Assembly (NCBI RefSeq): GCF_004010195.1
Contig: NC_057749.1
Span: 5,597,634-5,661,633, forward strand
Length of the DNA: 64,000 nt
Origin: Chiloscyllium plagiosum
Lineage: Eukaryota
Direction of reading: 5' to 3'
The translations under genes and the position numbers were made by a program. Under the pieces are notes generated by a model, which did no database searches, was not told the origin of the DNA, and was given only the letters and a program-made list of their open reading frames with translations. Position 1 is the first letter of the stretch. Every line of letters begins with the position of its first letter. Positions 13,785 through 25,103 of the stretch are shown here, piece by piece.

Positions 13785-14930
13785 CTTCGCCGCCTGCCAT
13801 TCAAACCCGGTCTCCCGTGGCAGCGCCCAGCCGCCCCGCTCCAGTTGGTCGCCGCCCCTGCCATTCAAACCCGGTCTCCCGTGGCAGCACCCAGCAGCCC
13901 CGCTCTAGTTGGTCGCCGCCCCTGCCAATCAAAGCGGTCCCGCCTCACGGCCATGCGCGCAGTCCAGTGGCTGCCGCCCCTGCCACTCAAAGCGGTCTCC
14001 CCCCCCCCGTGGTAACGCCCCGCTCCCGCCTTACCGGCATGCGCGCAGTCCAGTGGCTGCCGCCCCTGCCACTCAAAGCGGTCTCCCGTGGTAACGCCCC
14101 GCCCACTCGCGCCTCACCGCCAGGCGCGCAGTTCAGTGGCTGCCGCCCCTGTCACTCAAACCGGTCTCCCAGCGGCGGCGCCCTGCCCCCCTCGCCGCCA
14201 GCCGCTCGCTCCAGTTGGCCGCGAGCTCCAGGCAGTCTCCCGTGGTAACGCTCCACCCCCACACCGCCAAGCGCTCGGTCCAGTGGCTGCTGCCCCTGTC
14301 GCTCAAAGCAGTCTCCCGTAGTAACACCCCACCGTACCCCCGGCATTGTCTTGCGACCAGTCCAGTGGCTGCCGCCCCTGTCACTCAAACCGGTCTACCG
14401 TGGTAACGCACCGGCCCCTCATCGCCAGCCGCGCACTCCAATGGCTGCGCCCCCTGTCACTCAAACTGGTCGCCCGGCCGCTCCTGTCAGTCATATGCTT
14501 TGGCAACGCCCCGCTCCCTCCCACCTGGCGTAAGCCCCAACCGCTGATTCCGCTGTCACTCAAATCGGTATCCCGTGGCAATGTCCCGCCCCCTCACACC
14601 AGTGGTTGCTGCCCTTGTCACTCAAACCGGTCTCGTGCGGCAGTGCCCGACCCCGCGACACCAGCCGATCTCTCTAGTGGCTGCTGCCGCTGTCACTCAA
14701 ATCAATCCCACGCGGCAATTCGCCGCCCCCTCGACCAGCAGCTCAGCCCAGTGGCTGTTTAGACCGTCATTCAGATGGATCTCCCGTGGCAACGCTCCGT
14801 GCCACTGGCGCAAAGCTGTCCCCATGAGCAACGCCCCGGCCCCTCACCAACAGGGGCTCGCCCCATTGGCTGCTGCCCCTGTCACTCCAAACGGTCTCCA
14901 ATAGCAACGCCCCGCCTACTGTCAATCAGG
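13785..14930. repeat. GC-rich minisatellite, about 15 degenerate 60-85 bp units
   Basis: Recurring core CCAGTGGCTGCCGCCCCTGTCACTCAAACCGGTCTCCCGTGGTAACGCCCC. Confidence 0.9.
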
Positions 14931-16065
14931 GATGCTCAATGGGACAAGTCTCTGCCAAAGCCTCCCATTGAAAGGAACCCCTGGATTGTCCTCAAATGTG
15001 GCCCAGAGAGGGCAAAGCAACAGGAGGATAGTGCCAACCTCATAATTAACAATAATTATCCACCTGCCCTCCCTCAGGGGTGGCGATGGAATGATGGAAA
15101 TGTCAAGGGCTCTCATGCCGCAGAGGTAGCCTCCCTGCCTCTGAGGCAGGAGGTCTGGGTTCACGTCTAACCTGTTCCAGAGGTGCGTAATAATATCTCT
15201 GAACAGGGTGATAAAAATAGCTGGAGCTGTTTCTTAATGGCTCATGTGGCACAGCGGTAGTGTCCACATCTCTGAGCCAGGAGGTCCAGGTTCAAGTCCC
15301 ACCTGCTCCAGAAAGGTTTAATAGCGTCCCTGAGTAGGGAAATAACCATGATGCTAATGTCAGAATTAAGTAATCCAAGGTCTCAAGCTAATACCCGAGT
15401 TCAAATCCTACTTTGTAACTCAGAGATATTAGATATTATCTAATTGTCCTATTCAGCGTCATTAGTACACACCTCTGGAGCAATTCAAATTCTATTAATA
15501 ACATAAGGAGTTGAAAGCTCGTCTTTCAATTAGTTTGTGATAAAATCTGCTGTGTTGGGGCTCCAGTGGTGCAGGGTAGTGACCCAGGAGGCTCACCTTG
15601 ACGTCCCACCTGCACCAGAAGTGTGTCATAAAGTTTTTAACAGCATCAAACAAGGCCTTTTGGCCCATCGATCAACGTTGATCATCAAACATCCGTCTGC
15701 TATAATCCCATTCACCAGCAGAAACATTTCTGAAGGGATTGTGCGTATTTCATGTCATAGAGAGTCATAGTCGTAGAGATGTACAGCATGGAAGCAAACC
15801 CCTTGGCTCAACTCGTCCATGCCAACGAGTTATTGAAAGTGGTAGGAATTGTGTACTTGGACTTTAGTAAAGCAGTTGACAAGATACCACATGGTAGACT
15901 AATTAGTAAAGTTGGGTCACATGAGATTCAGAGTGAGCTTGCCAACTGGATACATAATTGGATTAATGGCAGGAGACAGAGAGCAATGGCAAACCCTGAA
16001 GGATCCATTTCAGTGCTGTATAACTCTATGACTTTACAGCTTCCCTTCTTTGGATCATAAAACTG

Positions 16066-17223
16066 GTTATGGACCAGGCCAGACCACTTAAAACATTTCA
16101 AGAAAGTAGCCCAGACCCTAACTTTGCTAGCTGTTTTAAGCAGGTGTAACATGAATATTCCAGGAGTGATGCACCTGATCAAACCATTTAATTTTAAACA
16201 AGACAGAGTTTATTTACAAGATTACTGAATGAAACACAAACAAAAGAGAACAGAATAGAGAATAAAGAGGTAAAAACAATGACTGCAGATGCTGGAAACC
16301 AGATTTTGGATTAGTGGTGCTGGAAGAGCACAGCAGTTCAGGCAGCATCCAAGGAGCAGCGAAATCGACGATCTTCTGAATTTTTTTCTCTGTCTAATTT
16401 TTTTTTGCGGGGAGAAAATGAGGACCGCAGATGCTGGAGATCAGAGCTGAAAATGTGTTGATGGAAAAGCGCAGCAGGTCAGGCAGCATCTAAGGAGCAG
16501 GAGAATCAACGTTTCGGGCTTGAGCCCTTCTTCAGGAATCTTCTTCAGGAAGATTCTTCAGGAATTTTTCAGGAATCTTCAGGAATTTTCAGGAATCTTC
16601 TTCAGGAAAATTCTTCAGGAATTTTTTTTGCACCGAGGTGTAAAGTGTGTGATCATTTTATGTATAGTATATTTTACTTTTTAACTAGTAGCATATCGAA
16701 ATCGACGATTTCGAAGCTCCTTGGATGCTGCCTGAACTGCTGTGCTCTTCCAGCACCACTAATCCAGAATATAGAATAACTTAACCTATCCGAAAACCCA
16801 ACAGACTGTCGCAATTTAATGATGCCGTTTCAATTACTTGCAACAATCCCCCATGAACACCCCTTGGCACAAGACGTAAAATCCAACACAGGTCTTACAG
16901 GACAGATGTCAGAGAGAGGGAGGATCAGCATGGACCTGCTTCTTTGGGTCCTGCAGCTTCACAACAGACTGACCGCTTTCAGTGAACAGCCAGACCAAAA
17001 CCAAACCAGAGATAAGCTGAGCTTGGAGAACTGGCCACTCCCCTTTCATTGTACAGTGTTTTTTTTTAAACTGGAAAGCCCTTTGCCTAAGGAAGTATCT
17101 GTTAACCATAATCAAAATGGCCCTAAAACCCACCTAAGCCAGACCTTCTGGAATCGCTGCTTTTATGACCTCTCTGAAAAAAAATGCCAAGGATGGCATA
17201 ACCTTGTTTAAGGGACAGCATCA
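16066..17223 (-). mobile_element. Solo-LTR-like element interrupted by a nested insertion
   Basis: Reverse complement shares both ends and internal blocks with 24156-24727. Confidence 0.55.
16266..16764. mobile_element. Palindromic Penelope-type element with a captured internal segment
   Basis: TSD CAGAATA(G/T)AGAATAA at 16251-16265 and 16765-16779; inverted arms. Confidence 0.75.
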
Positions 17224-18607
17224 TCTCTAACTGAAATGGAAGCCAAATTAGGGTTATACAGCTGAAATATCAGGAGATCTCCACAACTTGGCGAATTCAA
17301 CTGATGCACGTTTTTAATTGTGTAAGACAATGTTGCTTTTCAAAGCAGTGGGATCTCTACTTTGAAACCGAGTGGCACCAAGAGCCTTTGAATGAAGGAA
17401 TGATTGTTTGATGAAAGCCCTTAGATCAGTTAAACTTCAGTTTGCAACAAATCTTTAAGTGCAGGGCAACCAGACACTTCAGAGCCTATGAATGGAATGT
17501 ACCTCTCTCTCTTGCACCTCCCCATCCCCCTTTCAGTGTGAGTGAAGTAAGAAAACTGAAAAAAACAATTCTAGCAAGAAATGACCTATCACTGGATTGT
17601 CTACTGACGTAAAGATTGACTATTACTTTACAAACAACATCACATCATCATTGCTGAAATCAAAATAAACTGAGAGAGGCAATTTAAACTATCCTCATGG
17701 TTTTGACAACTGATCTTCGGAATTTTTTTCTCTGTCTAATTTTTTTTGCGGGGAGAAAGTGAGGTCTGCAGATGCTGGAGATCAGAGCTGAAAATGTGTT
17801 GCTGGAAAAGCGCAGCAGGTCAGGCAGCATCCNNNNNNNNNNNNNNNNNNNNNNNNNNNNNNNNNNNNNNNNNNNNNNNNNNNNNNNNNNNNNNNNNNNN
17901 NNNNNNNNNNNNNNNNNNNNNNNNNNNNNNNNNNNNNNNNNNNNNNNNNNNNNNNNNNNNNNNNNNNNNNNNNNNNNNNNNNNNNNNNNNNNNNNNNNNN
18001 NNNNNNNNNNNNNNNNNNNNNNNNNNNNNNNNNNNNNNNNNNNNNNNNNNNNNNNNNNNNNNNNNNNNNNNNNNNNNNNNNNNNNNNNNNNNNNNNNNNN
18101 NNNNNNNNNNNNNNNNNNNNNNNNNNNNNNNNNNNNNNNNNNNNNNNNNNNNNNNNNNNNNNNNNNNNNNNNNNNNNNNNNNNNNNNNNNNNNNNNNNNN
18201 NNNNNNNNNNNNNNNNNNNNNNNNNNNNNNNNNNNNNNNNNNNNNNNNNNNNNNNNNNNNNNNNNNNNNNNNNNNNNNNNNNNNNNNNNNNNNNNNNNNN
18301 NNNNNNNNNNNNNNNNNNNNNNNNNNNNNNNNNNNNNNNNNNNNNNNNNNNNNNNNNNNNNNNNNNNNNNNNNNNNNNNNNNNNNNNNNNNNNNNNNNNN
18401 NNNNNNNNNNNNNNNNNNNNNNNNNNNNNNNNNNNNNNNNNNNNNNNNNNNNNNNNNNNNNNNNNNNNNNNNNNNNNNNNNNNNNNNNNNNNNNNNNNNN
18501 NNNNNNNNNNNNNNNNNNNNNNNNNNNNNNNNNNNNNNNNNNNNNNNNNNNNNNNNNNNNNNNNNNNNNNNNNNNNNNNNNNNNNNNNNNNNNNNNNNNN
18601 NNNNNNN

Positions 18608-19262
18608 TTATAGCTCAAACCCTCCAACCCTCGCAACATCCTTGTAAATCTTTTCTGAAACCTTTTGAGTTTTACAACATCCTTCCTATAATAGGGAGAC
18701 CAGAGTTGAATGTAATATTCCAAAAGTGGCCTCACCAATTCCAGTACAGCTGCAACATGACACCCCAATCCCTATACTCAATGCTCTGACCAATAAAGGC
18801 AAATATACGAAATGCCTTCTGCACTATCCTGCCTACCTGTGATTCCACCTTCAAGGAACTATGAACTTGAACTCCAAGGTCTTTTTGTTCAACAACACTC
18901 CCTAGGATCTTCTCATTAAGCTCAGCCCTGATTTGCCTTTCCACAATGCAACACCTCACGTACATTTAAATTAACTCCATCGACACAGCTGACCAATGTT
19001 CCGTTGTACTCTGAGATAATCTTCTTCACTGTCCACTACACCATCTATTTTGGTATCATCTGCAAACTTACCAACCATAAGTCTGATATTCACATCCAAA
19101 TCATTCATATAAATGACCAAAAGCAGTGGATCCACCTCCAATCCTTGAGGCACGCCGGCCTCCAGTTTGCAAAACAACTCTGCACCACCACTCTCTGTCT
19201 TTAACCTTCAAGCCAATTTTGCATCCACATGACTAGTTCCCACTGGATTCCATGTGGTCCAA
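18608..19262 (-). mobile_element. CR1 LINE RT fragment
   Basis: GVPQG, KFADDTK and LEYYIQLWSP motifs. Confidence 0.85.
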
Positions 19263-20504
19263 TCTTGTATTTTGCCAGATGTTTGAAAATCTTTAAATAT
19301 ATGTTACACATACTTTGGTTTACTCTATTTTAGTTTTATTTCTTTTATTTGCATTGTTGTGAAAACCCAGATTTGCAGTATTGTGAGCTTGTGTTTCAAT
19401 GACATTGTTAAACCAAAACAAAACTATGATTTATCAAGCAGAATTTCAGTCTGAGGTTTGACATGTCCATCAATAGCATCAGCTGAATCATAATACTGCC
19501 TTAATACTTGTGTCAAACTGACAGTTTTTTTTGTCTATTTAATTGAGAATGAGTACATATGTATTTGGATTTTTAAGGGCGTATAGTTAAGTCATGTAGT
19601 AGTAGATTAGAAATCATTTCTCTTCTTTGTTATCTGTTGGAATTGAATACAAATTTATTGTCATGTGTGCTTTTACATGAAAAATACAGTGAAAAGTTTA
19701 TGTCACCCAACCACAGCACGTACAATGAGAGAAGTCATACATAATAATAAAGAAAAGTAAAATTGAGAAAAAGTTTATCACAGTTCCGTTAATGGTTCCT
19801 AGGATTGGGGAAAGTTGATTTAGAAATGATGGAATACCTTGAGGATGCAGCCGGATGAGACCATCATTCTGGAAGAAGACCACCGCTCCTGGAATACTGC
19901 CTGGAAGCCTCCACCAAAGAAAATCACCATGCCTGGCCAAGACCATCACTTCTGGATGAGAATTGCCTGTCAGAAAGCTGGACACTGAAGACAAAGAAGA
20001 CCTCCACATAGGGACAAGACCTCCATGCCAGAACAAGACCACCATACTGGGCCGAGGTCACCTTTCTCCTCCATCATGTGCCTAGGCCTAGTGGCGGATC
20101 TGGAGCATCTGCCACTAGGCCTAGCCTGTGACTCCAAGCCATGGCGAGTCAACCTTAGACATGCTAGAAGACCCTGGGCTGAGGTGCAGCCATGTCCGGC
20201 TTGGCCTGGCATTGCCATAGGCTTAAGTTAACTAGTGAATCTGACTGGCAGTCACGTGAATCTCTTGCTGCCTGAGCAGGGACTAACATCTGAGGGCTCG
20301 CACCAAAACTGGGAGATGTGACTCATAGACTAGTCAGACAATAGCCAAACATTGCCATACTAACTGAATGATAATTTAGAGACAAATCCTTTTAATAGTT
20401 AATTCTGATACAATAATTCAACTTATTTTCTGTTAATGACAAATTATGAAATGAATTGCTTTTAGTCTAAACAGGAGTCAGATGACCAAATGGATAACTT
20501 TGCT

Positions 20505-21083
20505 GGTGAATCGTGACTTTGGTGGTGAATAGGTGACATTGGCAGTGAATAGGGACTTTAGCATTGAATGGGAAACTTTGGTGGTGAATGGATGACTTTG
20601 GCAGTGACGGGGTGACTTTGGCAGTGAATCGGTGACTTTGGCATTGAATGGGAAACCTTGGTGGTGAATGGGTGATTTAGTGGTGAATGGGTGATTTAGT
20701 GGTGAATGGGTGATTTAGTGGTGAATGGGTGTCTTTGGCAGTGAATGGGTGACTTTGGCATTGAATGTGTAACTTTGGTGGTAATTAGGTGACTTTGATG
20801 GTGAATAAGTGACTTTGGCATTGAATGAGAAACTTTCACGGTGAATGGGTGACTTTGGTGGTGAATGGGTGACTGGCGGTGAATGGGTGACTTTGGCGGT
20901 GAATGGCTGACTTTGGTGTTGATTGGGTGACTTTGGTGATGAATAGGTGACATTGGCAGCGAATGGTGACTTCGGCAGTGTATGGGTATCTTTGGCGGTG
21001 AATGGGTGACGTTGGTGATGAATAGGTGACTTTGGCATTGAATGGGAAACTTTGGCGGTGATTGGGTGACTTTGGCAGTGAAT
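20505..21083. repeat. Minisatellite, ~20 bp unit GGTGACTTTGGTGGTGAATG
   Basis: Directly visible tandem array. Confidence 0.92.
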
Positions 21084-21585
21084 TCTATTGCGATTTTACA
21101 ATGGCTTGTATTAATAAAAGTGCAAATTTTAAAAACATAAAATCTATAGAATCAAAATTAAAATCTCTGCATTTAACTGTAATAAAAATCCCTGTTCTGA
21201 TTTAACTGCACAAGTAGCAGTTGAAGGAAAGGAAAAGTCTCCAAAATTGATTCCATAATTCTTATTACCAATGTGCAACAAATTTCCTCACAGTGTTTTG
21301 AAATTTCTAATTGATGCCCAGCTATACAGTGTTGTTGGGGCTCTGCTCATTTTCTTTAATCTCTCTCTGAGTCTCTCTCTCACTCTTTCTAGAGATATTA
21401 CGATGAGCAAAGGAGAAAGAGAATTCACAGAAAAAAAACCTCAAAACTTCCAGTGTTAAAAAGGGAGACGGGCTTGAGCATTTACTTTGATGTAATAGCA
21501 AACCACAACCACATGGTGGCAGAAAGAAACCATTATTGTGACCAGTTAATTCTTCAATTGGTCCAAAGTTTCTCCTGAAGATAAT

Positions 21586-21978
21586 TTGAAGATGCCAGTG
21601 TTATACTAGGGTGTATAAAGTTAAAAATCACACAACACCAGGTTATAGTCCAACAGGTTTAATTGGAAGCATTAGCTTTCGGAGCGCCGCTCCTTCATCA
21701 GGTGATTGTGGAGGACACAATTGTAGGGCAGAATTTATAGCAAAAGTTTACAGTGTGATGTAACTGAAATTATACATTGAAAAAGACCTTGATTGTCTGT
21801 TGAGTATTTCATCTGTTCGAATATCATGACAGTTTTACCTCTTTCATGTGTAAATCACAAAACCTTTTCTAACACCAACATATTGTCTAGCTAACACCAA
21901 TTGTTACAGTTAACCTGAGAATGCAACTTTTAAAAAAAAACCTGTTGGACTATAACCTGGTGTTGCGTGATTTTTAAC
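21586..21978. mobile_element. Penelope-type short element, family 2, with inverted ends and hammerhead motif
   Basis: TSD TCTCCTGA(A/T)GATAAT at 21571-21585 and 21979-21993; inverted repeats at 21618-21660 and 21938-21979. Confidence 0.75.
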
Positions 21979-22203
21979 TCTCCTGATGATAATGGCAAAG
22001 TTTTACTGGAACATGGGGTCCACTCCGTCATTAGAGAGAGATGACTAATGGTGGTTTAACCTGACGATCATAATGCTTTGGGTGAGGTGACAGACTGAGA
22101 ATTAGAGTCCTTCATGATCTCTTGAAGGGACAGTGGGTCTGTTTCCCTGTAACTGAGCATGTCCTAAATCATGGATTTATGAAGGGGGCTGGTTAGTTCA
22201 GTT

Positions 22204-22326
22204 CATCATTCCTGATGAAGGGCTTTTGCCCAAAATGTCAACTCACCTTCTCCTCGGGTGCTGCCTGACCTGCTGTGCTTTTCCAACCTCACACTCCCCA
22301 TTCTGATCTCCAGTCCTCATTTTGTC
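22204..22326 (+). mobile_element. Penelope-type short element, family 1
   Basis: Exact 15 bp TSD CTGGTTAGTTCAGTT at 22189-22203 and 22327-22341; CTGATGAAGGGCTTTTGCCC motif. Confidence 0.8.
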
Positions 22327-22780
22327 CTGGTTAGTTCAGTTGGCTATCGTCCAGTCAGAGCAACACTGGCAGCTTGGGTTCAATCCTCCGTTTCCAATGA
22401 GGTTGACTTTGGAAATGACCTCTGGGACTAAAGGCAAGGTCAAACCATCGCTGACCAAAAGGATCTTAGAAAGAACCACCGCGGATATGAAACTTTAACT
22501 TTGCTTCTCTTACCACGAATGATGCCGGGTTTCTCCAGCATTTTCTGCTTTTATTTCAGATCTGCAATATTTTGCTTTGTTGTAACGGTGACGGAACTGG
22601 GAGACCTACCATAGATTAAAACTGGAGGAGTATAGATTGGCTATAGGTCTTGAAGAAGTTGCAGAGATGTGGAAGGGAATGAGGCCATTCATGGATTTGA
22701 AAAGAAAGATGAGAACTTTTAAACCAAAAACAGGAGCCAATGTAGGTCAACCAGCATAGAAATAATGGATGTACAGGAGA

Positions 22781-22996
22781 TGGTACTGGAGTAACTCCGC
22801 AGAAGCCGGTATCCCATTACCAAGTCACCCTTTATTTACACGTGCATTGTATGTGACACTGACCCAGCCAGCTCCTAGTGTGAGCAGAAACCCTGACACT
22901 CCTGTTTATATCTGTCAGCCAGGGCTCCCTGAATGGACCAAATTAACAGCCCCAACTCATATTCAATGAGCTGGCTGACATCATTCCAATCACTAC
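22781..22996 (-). mobile_element. Short solo-LTR-like element
   Basis: Minus strand has TATAAA then AATAAA within ~210 bp and LTR-like ends. Confidence 0.4.
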
Positions 22997-23265
22997 GGGT
23001 TCAAGCACCCGAATGGAAGAGATGTATTCTGTACAACTCTGGAGAATTCTTCATAAATATGCTTAACGTATCGGCATGATGCAATAAAATACTTCTGTTA
23101 TATAAGTGCCTCGTTTGCTTTGACGCACCAGTGGTCCTATGTTTCTGCAGTGTAGTGTGAAGACAAACAGAGGTTTACATATCTCAGTCCAGATTGGAAC
23201 CTAACTTTACACTAATTAATGGGAAACTGCAAACAGTAAAAATGTAAAAAGCTTTTAATGCGAGA

Positions 23266-23339
23266 ACTTCTACAGTGTAGTGGTAATCACATTCGTCCAA
23301 TATGCAAAAACATCTACTGTTTGTAACTGGGCAGGAACA
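23266..23339 (+). pseudogene. Decayed tRNA-Val pseudogene
   Basis: Aligns end to end with vertebrate tRNA-Val (AGTGTAGTGGTAATCACATTCG...GGGCAGGAACA); B box and stems mutated. Confidence 0.6.
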
Positions 23340-23614
23340 TTAGACTCACTTGTGGTCGCTCCTCTACCATCGATAATTAGACAGGTCCCCAGACTCAGCA
23401 CAGAATAAAGAGATGATTGGTGGCCAGGTACTCAAGGCAGATGGTGGCTGCGGGACTGTCTGAAAATAAGACCTTTATGGATGGCCCTTCAAGCATAACT
23501 GGAATATTAAAGTTAGAAGGTGGCTAAGGCATGGGTGAGGCTTTCAGATGGGCTGAGACAGAAATGGTAATGCATGATATTACATTAGTGGGAGCAGGCA
23601 CTATAGACTATAAC

Positions 23615-24066
23615 ATCATGTGCCCAGTTCACCCAGTTACAGGAAGGATATTATTAAGCTGGAGAGGGTTCAGAAGAGATTTACCAGGATGTTGCCAAGT
23701 ATGGAAGGTTTGAGTTATAAAGAAAGGCTGGATAGGCTGGGGCTTTTTTCACTGGAGGGTAGGAGATTTCTTTTCCCTCAGATGGGAGATTTCGAGACAA
23801 CTGGGCACATTTTTAAGGTGAAAGGAAAGAGATTTGAAAAAGACATGAGGGGCAAAAGTTTTATACAGAGGGTGGTTTGCGAGTGGAATGAACTTCCTGA
23901 GGATGTGGGTACAGTTACAACATTTAACAGGCACTTAGGTAAGTTCATGAATAGGAAAGGTTTGGAGGGATGTGGGCCAGGAGCAGGAAGTTGGGACGAA
24001 TTTAGCTTGGGATTCCCTTCGGCATGGATTGGTTGGATCGAAGGGTCTGCTTGTGCTCTATGACTC
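23615..24066 (+). mobile_element. CR1 LINE 3' end
   Basis: LERVQKRFTRMLP; CTATGACTCTAT tail. Confidence 0.85.
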
Positions 24067-24155
24067 TATACATTGTCAGTTAGATGGGATTGTGAGCGGA
24101 CTGTGATGAAAGAGGTGTGTTGCATCGAAGGTGAGGGAATGTAATTTGTTTACGT

Positions 24156-24727
24156 GACGATGTTGCTCCTTTAACAAGGTTATGCTGTCCTTGGTTTCTT
24201 TCAAGAGGAGTGATAAAACAGCAGAAGTTCTGATTTGTCTGGGATTAGGGACTTTGCTAATGGATAACAGGTACTGCTTAAGGCAGTAATCAGGGAAAAG
24301 GCTTCTAGGTCTTTTTAAAAACACTTGGACAATGAAAGGGGAGTGGCCAGTTCTCCCAGCTTTGGGTTTTTGTCTGGTTTGGTTTGCTTTGCGCAAGCAG
24401 CCTGTTGGAAGCTGCTGGAAAGGTTCCCTGATTCAACCAATGTCTCTGCCTAATTCCTTCTACCATCTTTCTACCATGTCTCCTGCAAGAGTTCCTTTGT
24501 TTGGGGGGGATAGAGTGTCAGTTGGGTTTTCACGTAGACATTATTCTAAATTCTGTTTTCTTTTGCTTGTTTTATTCAGTGGTATGTAAATAAATTGTTT
24601 TACTTGGAGCCAACTGGTGTAAGCAGCTGCATCAATCCTGGACTATCCACCTTACACCTGCTTAAAACAAGTCGAAATGTTAGGGTCTGGGCCACCTTCT
24701 TGAGGGGGTCTGGCCTGGTCCATAACA
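24156..24727 (+). mobile_element. Solo-LTR-like element
   Basis: TG...CATAACA ends, AATAAA near 24588; related to 16066-17223. Confidence 0.55.
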
Positions 24728-24797
24728 AGTATTCCTGAAGTGGAGACATGTTTTATTGAGCACAAGACAAGAACCGATTAAGCAACAAGTCTCCCAT

Positions 24798-25103
24798 TGC
24801 AGCACGGTGGCTCAGTGGTTAGCACTGTTGTCACACAGAACCAGAGTCCCGGGTTCGATTTCAACCTCGGGTATGTGTGGAATTTGCATATCCTCCCCGT
24901 GTCTGCATGGGTTTCCTCCGGGTGCTCCAGTTTCCTCCCACAATCCAAAGATGTGCACGTTAAGTGAATTGGCCGTGCTTAAATTGTCAATTAGATGCAT
25001 TTGTCAGAGGGAAAAGGGATCTGGATGGGTTACTCTTCAGATGGTCGGTGTGGACCTGTTGGGCCGAAGGGCCTGTTTCCACATTGCAGGGAATCTAATC
25101 TAA
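24798..25103 (+). mobile_element. V-SINE (HE1-like)
   Basis: tRNA head and AATCT tail. Confidence 0.8.

Larger units (their letters stand above)
13370..14930. promoter_or_regulatory. CpG island / putative promoter
   Basis: Sharp rise in GC and CpG against an AT-rich background; GC boxes; TCTCGCGAG (Banp/Kaiso-like) near 13756. Confidence 0.75.

Noticed and set aside
13817..14904. Pro/Ala-rich ORFs
   Set aside because: By-products of the GC-rich minisatellite, open in several frames
17746..18789. Long ORFs of 291-347 aa
   Set aside because: Artefacts of translating through the N gap; the same applies at 5439-5893
20505..21083. CRISPR-like regularity
   Set aside because: Head-to-tail repeats without unique spacers, in a vertebrate genome
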